Shown piece after piece: positions 1 through 6,524 of a DNA stretch of 30,901 nucleotides. Location of the stretch: positions 1 through 30,901 of IMG/VR virus record IMGVR_UViG_3300037424_000229; one strand, written 5' to 3'. The DNA is from a virus (lineage: Duplodnaviria > Caudoviricetes). The notes beneath the pieces are model-generated. The model worked only from the letters and a program-made list of their open reading frames with translations, ran no database searches and was not told the origin of the DNA. The position numbers were made by a program, and so were the translations under genes. How positions within the stretch are numbered: the stretch's first letter is position 1; each line of letters opens with the position of its first letter.

Positions 1-45
1 AGCACCTAGCTCGTACAGCTCGTACGGATATTTGCTCGTGGTCAT
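1..45 (-). CDS. Hypothetical protein, 5' fragment running off the window (MTTSKYPYELYELGA...)
   Basis: ATG at 45-43 preceded by GGAGG SD identical to that of the upstream gene. Confidence 0.6.
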   Translation of the reverse strand, partial: MTTSKYPYELYELGA

Positions 46-49
46 CTCT

Positions 50-370
50 CTACCTCCCTGCGATTGCCACATCGTAGCAATCGGGGCAGGACGTGCCTGT
101 GCTCGCGGCCATTATTAGTTTACGGTGCACACTGTGACCGCAGTCGCACGCAACCAGTTCAGTCTCGCACCGAGCGACCTGTTTTTTCGCAAATAATTTC
201 GCGTGAGCGTCAACTATCGCCCGGTATTGATCCCACTCCCCACGCGCAGGGCTATAGTTGCCCACCGCGTAGGAAAATTCCCCTAAACCCGTCGCTGCCT
301 GTTCGGGCGTCAGAGTTCCGTTCTGCATCCGCTCGATGCACTCGCGAATCGTCAGTCTCTGCGTTGTCAT
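50..370 (-). CDS. Hypothetical protein with C-terminal Cys/His cluster (CxCxH...CxxC, possible Zn finger)
   Basis: 106-aa ORF, GGAGG SD, directly downstream of a consensus promoter. Confidence 0.75.
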   Translation of the reverse strand: MTTQRLTIRECIERMQNGTLTPEQAATGLGEFSYAVGNYSPARGEWDQYRAIVDAHAKLFAKKQVARCETELVACDCGHSVHRKLIMAASTGTSCPDCYDVAIAGR

Positions 371-381
371 CTCTCTACCTC

Positions 382-747
382 CTAGTGGTTTCGGGGGCCG
401 TCCGCCCTCTGCTTGATTACATTGTACGACATCGTCAGACGTTTGTCAAGTAAAAAATGAGGGGGGTCGAAAAAATTAATCGCCGAAGGGGAGGCGGGGT
501 GGAGCGCGGCGGTGCGGGGCGGGATGTTAGGGTTGGCCCGCACCCATAGGGCCGTGGCCTCGATCACGAGGATGCGAGGCCCGACCTTCACCGCGCCAAT
601 GCAGGTTCCATATGTGTCTCCAAGTCTGGATTTAACACGCTCCATTCTGTTGGGGCAGTCCCAGGTATACCGGCAACCGCTCTCTGCTCTCACAATGGAC
701 GGCAGGACGAGCGCCACTATAAGGATCACGAGCCACATGATGCGCAT
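382..747 (-). CDS. Putative secreted/membrane-anchored small protein (signal-peptide-like N-terminus); true C-terminus uncertain
   Basis: GGAGG SD; MRIMWLVILIVALVLPSIVRA-E looks like a Sec signal peptide; the 3' part runs through intergenic-looking promoter sequence. Confidence 0.5.
   Translation of the reverse strand: MRIMWLVILIVALVLPSIVRAESGCRYTWDCPNRMERVKSRLGDTYGTCIGAVKVGPRILVIEATALWVRANPNIPPRTAALHPASPSAINFFDPPHFLLDKRLTMSYNVIKQRADGPRNH
421..449 (-). promoter_or_regulatory. Sigma70-type leftward promoter
   Basis: Minus strand TTGACA (449-444), 17 nt, TACAAT (426-421), with an A/T tract upstream. Confidence 0.8.
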
Positions 748-837
748 CTTGTCACCTCCAGTTTACACAGCGCCGTTTGTGTCAAGCGGCGCTGGTGTTG
801 GGTTTACACAATTACCGTGACATCTCTCATATAACCC

Positions 838-867
838 TTGACTTCGGTGCGGAATCCTATATATAAT
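838..867 (+). promoter_or_regulatory. Sigma70-type rightward early promoter
   Basis: TTGACT (838-843), 18 nt, TATAAT (862-867), upstream of the HTH gene. Confidence 0.65.
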
Positions 868-874
868 GAAGATA

Positions 875-889
875 TTTACAAGTGTAAAC
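875..889. promoter_or_regulatory. Palindromic candidate operator TTTACA-AG-TGTAAA
   Basis: Inverted repeat just downstream of the predicted transcription start; GTTTACAC half-sites recur at 761 and 802. Confidence 0.5.
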
Positions 890-919
890 CGACGAGGCAA
901 AAAAAAGAGGCTGGCGGAC

Positions 920-1138
920 ATGTCTATGACGGAACAGATGATACGTGCCAAGACCGCGCTGGCCCGGGCGGGGCTGACCATCACGACGCTCGCGCGTGAG
1001 ACTGGGTACACCCGGCAGTGGACGAGCAGGGTGATGTACGGCCATGAGGCAAGCCCGCCTGCCCGCGCTGAGTTCGCGAAGAGGCTACGCGCTCGCGTGG
1101 CGACGATCTGGCCGGACAAGGCGAGTGGGATAGTATGA
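920..1138 (+). CDS. Ner/Cro-like HTH transcriptional regulator
   Basis: AKTALARAGLTITTLARETGYTRQWTSRVM HTH pattern and a C-terminal IWP motif as in the Ner family; start moved to ATG 920 because 866 overlaps the promoter. Confidence 0.75.
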   Translation: MSMTEQMIRAKTALARAGLTITTLARETGYTRQWTSRVMYGHEASPPARAEFAKRLRARVATIWPDKASGIV

Positions 1139-1142
1139 TCGG

Positions 1143-1171
1143 ATTATACCGAATCCGGCAAACCGCGTCTA
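1143..1171 (-). promoter_or_regulatory. Leftward (antisense) sigma70-type promoter
   Basis: Minus strand TAGACG (1171-1166), 17 nt, TATAAT (1148-1143), A-tract upstream; CGGATT-N6-AATCCG palindrome (1140-1157) overlaps the -10. Confidence 0.55.
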
Positions 1172-1214
1172 CTGTTTTTTTGCAATCGCCTGCCAATCCA
1201 AAGGTGGCTACTGA

Positions 1215-1514
1215 ATGAGTCAGTGCGGGTGCGGGAATCAGACCGGGGCCGGGCAGGAGTGCTGCTTGCGCTGTTCTTTGGATATGAAGGCCGTGTTTGT
1301 TGTCGGGGTGAGCTTCCGGGCGCGCCCAAGGATGCTCAAGCGCTTGGACGAGTTGGCAGAGGCGTCCGGGCGCACGAGGCGTGAAGAGTTGCAGACGATG
1401 ATAGACGACTATTTAGACCTGGGAGAGGATCTATGGATAGCCGAAGAGGGCGGAAGCCAGGAGGCCAGTGCATCGCGTGCCCAGGAGCCCGGTCGTGTGA
1501 TGTGGTCAAGATGA
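1215..1514 (+). CDS. Ribbon-helix-helix (CopG/Arc-like) DNA-binding protein with Cys-rich N-terminus
   Basis: VGVSFRARPRMLKRLDELAEASGRTRREELQTMIDDYL fits the RHH pattern; start uncertain. Confidence 0.7.
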   Translation: MSQCGCGNQTGAGQECCLRCSLDMKAVFVVGVSFRARPRMLKRLDELAEASGRTRREELQTMIDDYLDLGEDLWIAEEGGSQEASASRAQEPGRVMWSR

Positions 1515-1672
1515 TGACGGCGGGTCAATCAGTGACCAGATGCGGGGTCAGAAATCGGTTGACGGGAGTTTTCGGCGCGAAAACCCCCGTTTCCGTCGCG
1601 AAAAGTACAGCAGACGGCAAGAACGGGCGCGGAAACGCGGGGAGACCCGGATTAGGGGCGCAAAATGGGTAG
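1511..1672 (+). CDS. Possible small hypothetical protein (53 aa) carrying upstream iterons
   Basis: ATGA overlap with the RHH stop and overlap with the initiator start; no recognisable motif. Confidence 0.3.
   Translation: MMTAGQSVTRCGVRNRLTGVFGAKTPVSVAKSTADGKNGRGNAGRPGLGAQNG
1568..1614. repeat. Two iteron-like 17-mers upstream of the initiator gene
   Basis: GTTTTCGGCGCGAAAAC (1568) and GTTTCCGTCGCGAAAAG (1589), 21-bp spacing. Confidence 0.7.
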
Positions 1673-2666
1673 ACCAGTAGATGATGGGCTCGATTGGTTC
1701 CAGCACCAAACCAGGCACGGTAAAACCATCTATATTCTGGAGCAGCGATACGGCAATGATGGTTATGCCGCGTGGTTCAAAATTTTGGAGATACTGGCAA
1801 CAACGCAGGGACACGCATACAACGTAAGTGCTGATTGTAACTGGGAATATCTGGTGGCCACGTTGCGCGCGGAGCCCGAGCGGGCAAAGGCGATCATAGA
1901 CCTGCTCGCCCGGTTGGATGCTATAGACAACGAGTTGTGGATTGAGCATCAAGTAATATGGTGCCAGAAGCTCGTGGATAACTTCCGCGAGACCTACCGC
2001 AAGCGCCGCCGCCCGCTCCCAACGAAACCAGAGTTTCCGGCGCGTAAACTAGGGTTTTCGTCGCGGAAACCAGAGTTTCCGCCGCAGAAAGTACAGCAGA
2101 GTGCCGATGACCCCGAGTTTCCGCGGATTTCCGCCGCAGAAAGTACACAGAGTAGAGTAGAGAAGAGAAGAGAAGAGTATAAAGAAGACTGCCCCCCCCC
2201 TCCCATCGATCACGATCAGGATACTATCAGTCCTGATAATCAGCTAGACCTCAGCCAGAAAGACCAATCAGCCCTGAGCGTAGACCCGAGGCTCTACATC
2301 CTGTCCACGATTCCGCATTATCCATTGGATGTGGCGAAAGACAGGGGAACCCTGAACGAGCTTTCAGCTGAGTTCCCCAACATCGACACCCTGAGCCTAC
2401 TCAGGAACTGGAAGACGTACCTGACCAATGACGGGTGCGAGCTGAAAAAGACCAGCAAGGCGAGGTCGCAGCTCAGGAACCAGTTTGTATCAGCGAATAA
2501 CCGAGGCAAACACCAGAAGGAGGGTGCCCCAAGTGGAACAAACGCTACAGGACGCACAGGACAGGCTCATGGAGCGCCGGGCTCAGGCGGAGGAGACAAC
2601 GGCAACGGACGCGGAAAATACGCTGGAGTTGGTGAAAAGCTCGATCTCGGCAGGACGACACAATGA
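1665..2666 (+). CDS. Phage replication initiator (DUF4373/Lin1244-Lin1753-like N-terminal domain)
   Basis: MGRPVDDGLDWFQH...YGNDGYAAWFKILE motif, low-complexity linker with iterons, upstream of a DnaC-like ATPase. Confidence 0.8.
   Translation: MGRPVDDGLDWFQHQTRHGKTIYILEQRYGNDGYAAWFKILEILATTQGHAYNVSADCNWEYLVATLRAEPERAKAIIDLLARLDAIDNELWIEHQVIWCQKLVDNFRETYRKRRRPLPTKPEFPARKLGFSSRKPEFPPQKVQQSADDPEFPRISAAESTQSRVEKRREEYKEDCPPPPIDHDQDTISPDNQLDLSQKDQSALSVDPRLYILSTIPHYPLDVAKDRGTLNELSAEFPNIDTLSLLRNWKTYLTNDGCELKKTSKARSQLRNQFVSANNRGKHQKEGAPSGTNATGRTGQAHGAPGSGGGDNGNGRGKYAGVGEKLDLGRTTQ
2033..2190. repeat. Putative replication origin: iteron array plus purine-rich tract inside the initiator gene
   Basis: Quasi-palindromic 17-mers at 2033, 2054, 2075 (21-bp phase), partial at 2117, another at 2127; then an AG-rich strand-asymmetric tract at about 2148-2188. 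Confidence 0.75.
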
Positions 2667-3477
2667 CGCCCTGGCGGCAGCGGATGAGCTGAGGGGCACG
2701 GGCGCGGCATGGGAAGAGGCGCGCGCGCTGCTCGCCGCAAGCCCCCCGGTCGTGATATGCCAGGTTTGTGGCGAACCGAAGAGCGTCAGGCTCTCGGATG
2801 TGACCGCCAACTACGTGAGCCACTGCCAGACGTGTGCGGAGGTGGCAGCCGCCACACGCGAGCATCAGGAGGCAGTAGAGCGCCGGAGAGTACAGCGCTG
2901 GATGGAGGGCAACTCCGAGCAGATGATGGCCAAGGCGGGGGTTTACAAGATATACCAATCCGCCAAGATGGCTGATTTCCACCCGCACACCCTCGCGCCG
3001 GGATCGTATTACCTGCACGGCACGCCCGGGGTCGGTAAGACGCACATGGCCGTGGCGCTCATGCGTGAGTGGATGATTCAGCACCCGATCAGAGACAACG
3101 GGCACTGGATGCCCCCCAGTGGCAGATTCTGGACTGTGCCCCGGCTCCTCGGATACCTCAAATCCACGTTCGGCAAGGGGGGCGGCGAGGGGCCGAAGGA
3201 GTCTGACATCATCGAGCGCCTGATCTCGCTGGATATTCTCATCCTGGACGACCTCGGGGCCGAGCACTCGGGTGATTGGGCCTCGACCGTGATATACAAC
3301 GTCGTGGACGGCAGGTACGGCGAGGGCCGCCCGATCATCGTTACGTCCAACATAACCCTCGATGAGGTCAGCAAGCGCCTGCACGACCGCATGGCGTCCC
3401 GGCTGACGGGTATGTGCCGGACTTTGCATATCGAGGGGCCAGACCGGAGACTACAACAACAGGAGGAGCAGAGATGA
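2533..3477 (+). CDS. DnaC/IstB-like AAA+ ATPase (helicase loader) with N-terminal Zn-binding CxxC pairs
   Basis: Walker A GTPGVGKT, Walker B ILILDDLG, IIVTSN and DRMASRL motifs; GTG start at 2533 chosen from the AGGAGG SD. Confidence 0.9.
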   Translation: MEQTLQDAQDRLMERRAQAEETTATDAENTLELVKSSISAGRHNDALAAADELRGTGAAWEEARALLAASPPVVICQVCGEPKSVRLSDVTANYVSHCQTCAEVAAATREHQEAVERRRVQRWMEGNSEQMMAKAGVYKIYQSAKMADFHPHTLAPGSYYLHGTPGVGKTHMAVALMREWMIQHPIRDNGHWMPPSGRFWTVPRLLGYLKSTFGKGGGEGPKESDIIERLISLDILILDDLGAEHSGDWASTVIYNVVDGRYGEGRPIIVTSNITLDEVSKRLHDRMASRLTGMCRTLHIEGPDRRLQQQEEQR

Positions 3478-3920
3478 CACCGAAAGTGCTGACGATACGA
3501 TTTGGGGCGGGCAAGCGGCTCAAGGGGAGCGGGGCATACGCTGGAGGGTACGAGATCGAGGCCGAGGACAACACCCCCGAGATGAGGATGCTCGCCGCTG
3601 CCTTGGACGGTGAAGTGCTGGTCTGCATGACAGAGGCGGACTACAGGGCGCTCACGGGCGAGGGGCAGGTGAAGCCCGTGGACGAGATACTGGTGCGCCA
3701 TGCCATTGACCGGATGCGCGAGGTTGCGGACGAGCTGGAGGGGGAGTTGCCGAAGTGCGGGTCGGGGCCGGAGTGTGGGACGATCAACCTTGTCCATCGC
3801 GGGCCGACGCCCGAGCCTGTGTGCCTCGGGGTTTTCTCCGGGCCGGGCCCGGTCGCAATGGACGCAGGAGAGCCTGACGCAGGTATCCGTAACGACGAGG
3901 CCGAGGAGGCGGGGGAGTGA
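3474..3920 (+). CDS. Hypothetical protein
   Basis: AGGAGG SD, ATGA coupling to the ATPase and GTGA coupling to the next gene. Confidence 0.7.
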   Translation: MTPKVLTIRFGAGKRLKGSGAYAGGYEIEAEDNTPEMRMLAAALDGEVLVCMTEADYRALTGEGQVKPVDEILVRHAIDRMREVADELEGELPKCGSGPECGTINLVHRGPTPEPVCLGVFSGPGPVAMDAGEPDAGIRNDEAEEAGE

Positions 3921-4381
3921 CACCACGGGGGATGTTAGCAACGGGGATTATCCACAGCTTCCCGTGTGACGGGAATCCACCGCCATACCTCCGCATGACT
4001 CAGGGGGAGGCCCGCATGGGCACGTACAAGCGGCCCCCGAAAAGCGCACGCGCGTACTCCAAGTGGCTCATGATCCACCGCTACAACACGTACAAGCAGG
4101 CTCTGGCCGCCTCAATGGCGCATCTGGAGTTCGACAGAGGGCCGAAGTCGCGCGAGGCCGCGCTGTTCGTCCAGGTCTTCGCGTGGTTCGGCGACCGCAC
4201 CCACGGAGACCCTGACAACGTGCTCAAGGGGGTTCTCGACGCGCTGTTCGCCTCGGACAAGCACATTGTCAGCCAAGTGGACTACGGCTACGATCCCACT
4301 CATCCGAGGGTGGTTATACGAATCACCGAGGCCCGGACGGGCATACCAGCATGGGCATTGCCCGAGGGTGCGGGCGGATGA
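3917..4381 (+). CDS. rusA: RusA-family Holliday junction resolvase
   Basis: DPDNVLKGVLDAL...D catalytic signature and C-terminal PRVVIRI strand. Confidence 0.85.
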   Translation: MTPRGMLATGIIHSFPCDGNPPPYLRMTQGEARMGTYKRPPKSARAYSKWLMIHRYNTYKQALAASMAHLEFDRGPKSREAALFVQVFAWFGDRTHGDPDNVLKGVLDALFASDKHIVSQVDYGYDPTHPRVVIRITEARTGIPAWALPEGAGG

Positions 4382-4737
4382 ACTGCATCCCGGACCCAGT
4401 AGACGGCCCGGACGGCAGAAAGCTGTGCCCACGGTGCGGGGCTGCGTTGGCCCCGGATGATATGACCGAGCACTGTAAGGCGCTCAGGTGCTGGATTTGC
4501 GGGTACATGCACTATCACGTAGGGATACGCGCACGGGAGCCGAGGGACGCGCATGGGGTCTCACCTCGCGGACGAAAAAAATACAAGCGGCTGAACGATG
4601 CAGACCGGGCGAAAGTGGTCGAGATGAAGGCCCAGGGGTATAAATCGGCAGACCTGGGAGATCTGTTCGGGGTAACAGAAGAGACGATCAACAACATTTA
4701 CCGGGAGCATAAGCAGGCTGAGGCCGTGGAGCCATGA
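4378..4737 (+). CDS. Zn-ribbon plus HTH DNA-binding protein
   Basis: CPRC...CWIC, then LNDADRAKVVEMKAQGYKSADLGDLFGVTEETINNI HTH; ATGA overlaps at both ends. Confidence 0.75.
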   Translation: MNCIPDPVDGPDGRKLCPRCGAALAPDDMTEHCKALRCWICGYMHYHVGIRAREPRDAHGVSPRGRKKYKRLNDADRAKVVEMKAQGYKSADLGDLFGVTEETINNIYREHKQAEAVEP

Positions 4738-5321
4738 AGAAACCGCCCGGGAAGAATCGGCAGAGGACAAGCCCTGCACAGATGAGATTGACCGAAAAGG
4801 AGCACGCGCTGGTCGAGATCATGCGGCAGAACCCGGATATATCCGTCATGGAGGCCGGGAAACGAGCCGGGTATTCCGAGAGTTACTCCAGAACATGGCT
4901 CGGCCCTGACAAGTTCGGCCCGGACGGGAAACTTCGCGAGTTTTTCGTCGCGGAGTGCGAGCGGCAAGGAGTTGGGATGGAAGCCCTTGTGCGCGTGCAT
5001 CGGGAGGCACTGGATGCCAACGTGGTGCTCTCCGTGGTGCCCGGGAAGGCAGGTAAGCCCGAGGATCAGCCCGGGAACACTGGCAAGGCAGGGACGGCCG
5101 GGAGTTCGAGCGTGGAGTTTATTGAGGCTCCTGACCACAAGACGCGGCTGCTGGCCGCCAAGAGTATCGCCAAGATAATTGGGTTGGAGACGCAGCATAT
5201 CGGGGTGGACGTAAACATCACTGGGCAGATGGAGACCGTCGAGCGGCGCAAGCAGGCTGCGATGCGCATTCGCGCGGGGGTCGAGGTGGTGATAGTGAGC
5301 GAGGATGCAGAGCAATCATGA
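4734..5321 (+). CDS. terS: Terminase small subunit (probable)
   Basis: LTEKE...EAGKRAGYSE HTH-like start, PDHKTRLLAAK motif and size typical of TerS; upstream of TerL. Confidence 0.7.
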   Translation: MKKPPGKNRQRTSPAQMRLTEKEHALVEIMRQNPDISVMEAGKRAGYSESYSRTWLGPDKFGPDGKLREFFVAECERQGVGMEALVRVHREALDANVVLSVVPGKAGKPEDQPGNTGKAGTAGSSSVEFIEAPDHKTRLLAAKSIAKIIGLETQHIGVDVNITGQMETVERRKQAAMRIRAGVEVVIVSEDAEQS

Positions 5322-5626
5322 AAATAGCACAGTTCCGAATTCCGGGTGAAACCATCCGCAAGCACGCGCTGAGGCCGGACATCCGCGCCTTATTCAACAT
5401 GTTCGTCGTGGTTGGCTTGTCGTATGATTTTTCCACCGATACCTACGTCTACCATGTTGCCGCGCCATTCCTCGATGAGGTGGACTTGGGCTGCGAGATC
5501 CCTGAGATCACAGGCGAGGGCACCTACTGCGAGGCAGTCCACGAGGTGTCTGTCAAGATCATCGGGCAGGGGGGGAAGGTGCTTGAGGAGGCCGTTGTAG
5601 ACTGGGACGGCCCGAGGCCGACATGA
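5318..5626 (+). CDS. Hypothetical protein
   Basis: 102-aa ORF with ATGA coupling on both sides. Confidence 0.7.
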   Translation: MKIAQFRIPGETIRKHALRPDIRALFNMFVVVGLSYDFSTDTYVYHVAAPFLDEVDLGCEIPEITGEGTYCEAVHEVSVKIIGQGGKVLEEAVVDWDGPRPT

Positions 5627-6015
5627 AAGTCCTACCCAACCATGTGCGGCACGTTGTTATTGAGCTGTACGAGATCGACCTGTACGTGGTGGTCGGCAGC
5701 GTTCAGTACTTTGCGGAGTTCATGCATAACGAATTCGGCGAGGATGAGGTGGTTGACCCCAAACTGGCGGGCAGGACAATGATGTGGTTTGGGCCGGGGA
5801 AGCTCATGATATACATCAAGCGCCCGAGGCTGAAAGACATATCGCATGAGTGTTTTCATGCGGCGTTATTCATCGCTGAGGAGCGGTCGCTTCACTATAC
5901 GAATGAAGACCACGAACCGTTGGCATATTTGCACGGCTATCTCGTGGAGCAGGTACAGGCTACTATTGCAGAGGCGCGGAGTTGGAAGAAGAAGTCTGCA
6001 CCCGATAAAAGTTAG
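5623..6015 (+). CDS. Small HExxH (zincin-like) protein
   Basis: ISHECFHAA motif and downstream E-PLAYL segment. Confidence 0.65.
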   Translation: MKVLPNHVRHVVIELYEIDLYVVVGSVQYFAEFMHNEFGEDEVVDPKLAGRTMMWFGPGKLMIYIKRPRLKDISHECFHAALFIAEERSLHYTNEDHEPLAYLHGYLVEQVQATIAEARSWKKKSAPDKS

Positions 6016-6039
6016 AGTGGCGTTCAGGAGGAAGATGTA

Positions 6040-6309
6040 ATGGAAGGCGACTATACCTTTAGGCCGGAGAGGCATCCACTTGTGTATAAGTATGGGGTGA
6101 CAAAGTCAGGGATAGGGGAGGTCCATGGCCCATTTTTCGACGACTCCCTTGCTGCAATACATACCGTTCGCGTCATCAATACACTAGATGAGGCGATTCG
6201 TCGGACCCTTATTGAGCTAGGCTGGACCCCTCCGCCCGATAATCCACCGGATCCGCAATCTGCCGCGGTCTCCGAGGCCGACGCCATCGAGAGGCTGCAC
6301 CAGCAGTGA
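6040..6309 (+). CDS. Hypothetical protein
   Basis: AGGAGG SD, 89-aa ORF. Confidence 0.65.
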   Translation: MEGDYTFRPERHPLVYKYGVTKSGIGEVHGPFFDDSLAAIHTVRVINTLDEAIRRTLIELGWTPPPDNPPDPQSAAVSEADAIERLHQQ

Positions 6310-6524
6310 TGTACTGCCCTGAGATGGACATGCAATGCGACCTGATGGGCGTAGATGACGCCATGGAGGTGTTTGTCTGTAATGCGCCTGTTAACGGCAG
6401 TAAGTTCACCTCGGATCTGTATGAGTACTTCGACGAGCTGATGGCTGTGGTTTATCCGGCAGACGCATACTGTTGTCCATATAGGTTTCGTGAGGAGATT
6501 CGCTGGAAGGTGGCGTACGCATGA
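6306..6524 (+). CDS. Hypothetical Cys-rich small protein
   Basis: Coupled to the upstream stop and to the TerL start (ATGA). Confidence 0.6.
   Translation: MMYCPEMDMQCDLMGVDDAMEVFVCNAPVNGSKFTSDLYEYFDELMAVVYPADAYCCPYRFREEIRWKVAYA

Noticed and set aside
8-25. 9-bp tandem AGCTCGTAC x2
   Set aside because: Short in-frame YEL-YEL duplication; too small to interpret
2192-2200. C9 homopolymer as a phase-variation tract
   Set aside because: Encodes a Pro run in the linker of a presumably essential initiator, where such runs are common
2533-3477. IS21 IstB helper implying an insertion sequence
   Set aside because: No IstA transposase or terminal inverted repeats; context is initiator-loader
2545-3941. 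Long minus-strand ORFs (also 7502-8284, 13640-14419, 19013-19924, 27395-28279, 29219-30127)
   Set aside because: Antisense shadows of well-supported + strand genes in GC-rich DNA; no motifs
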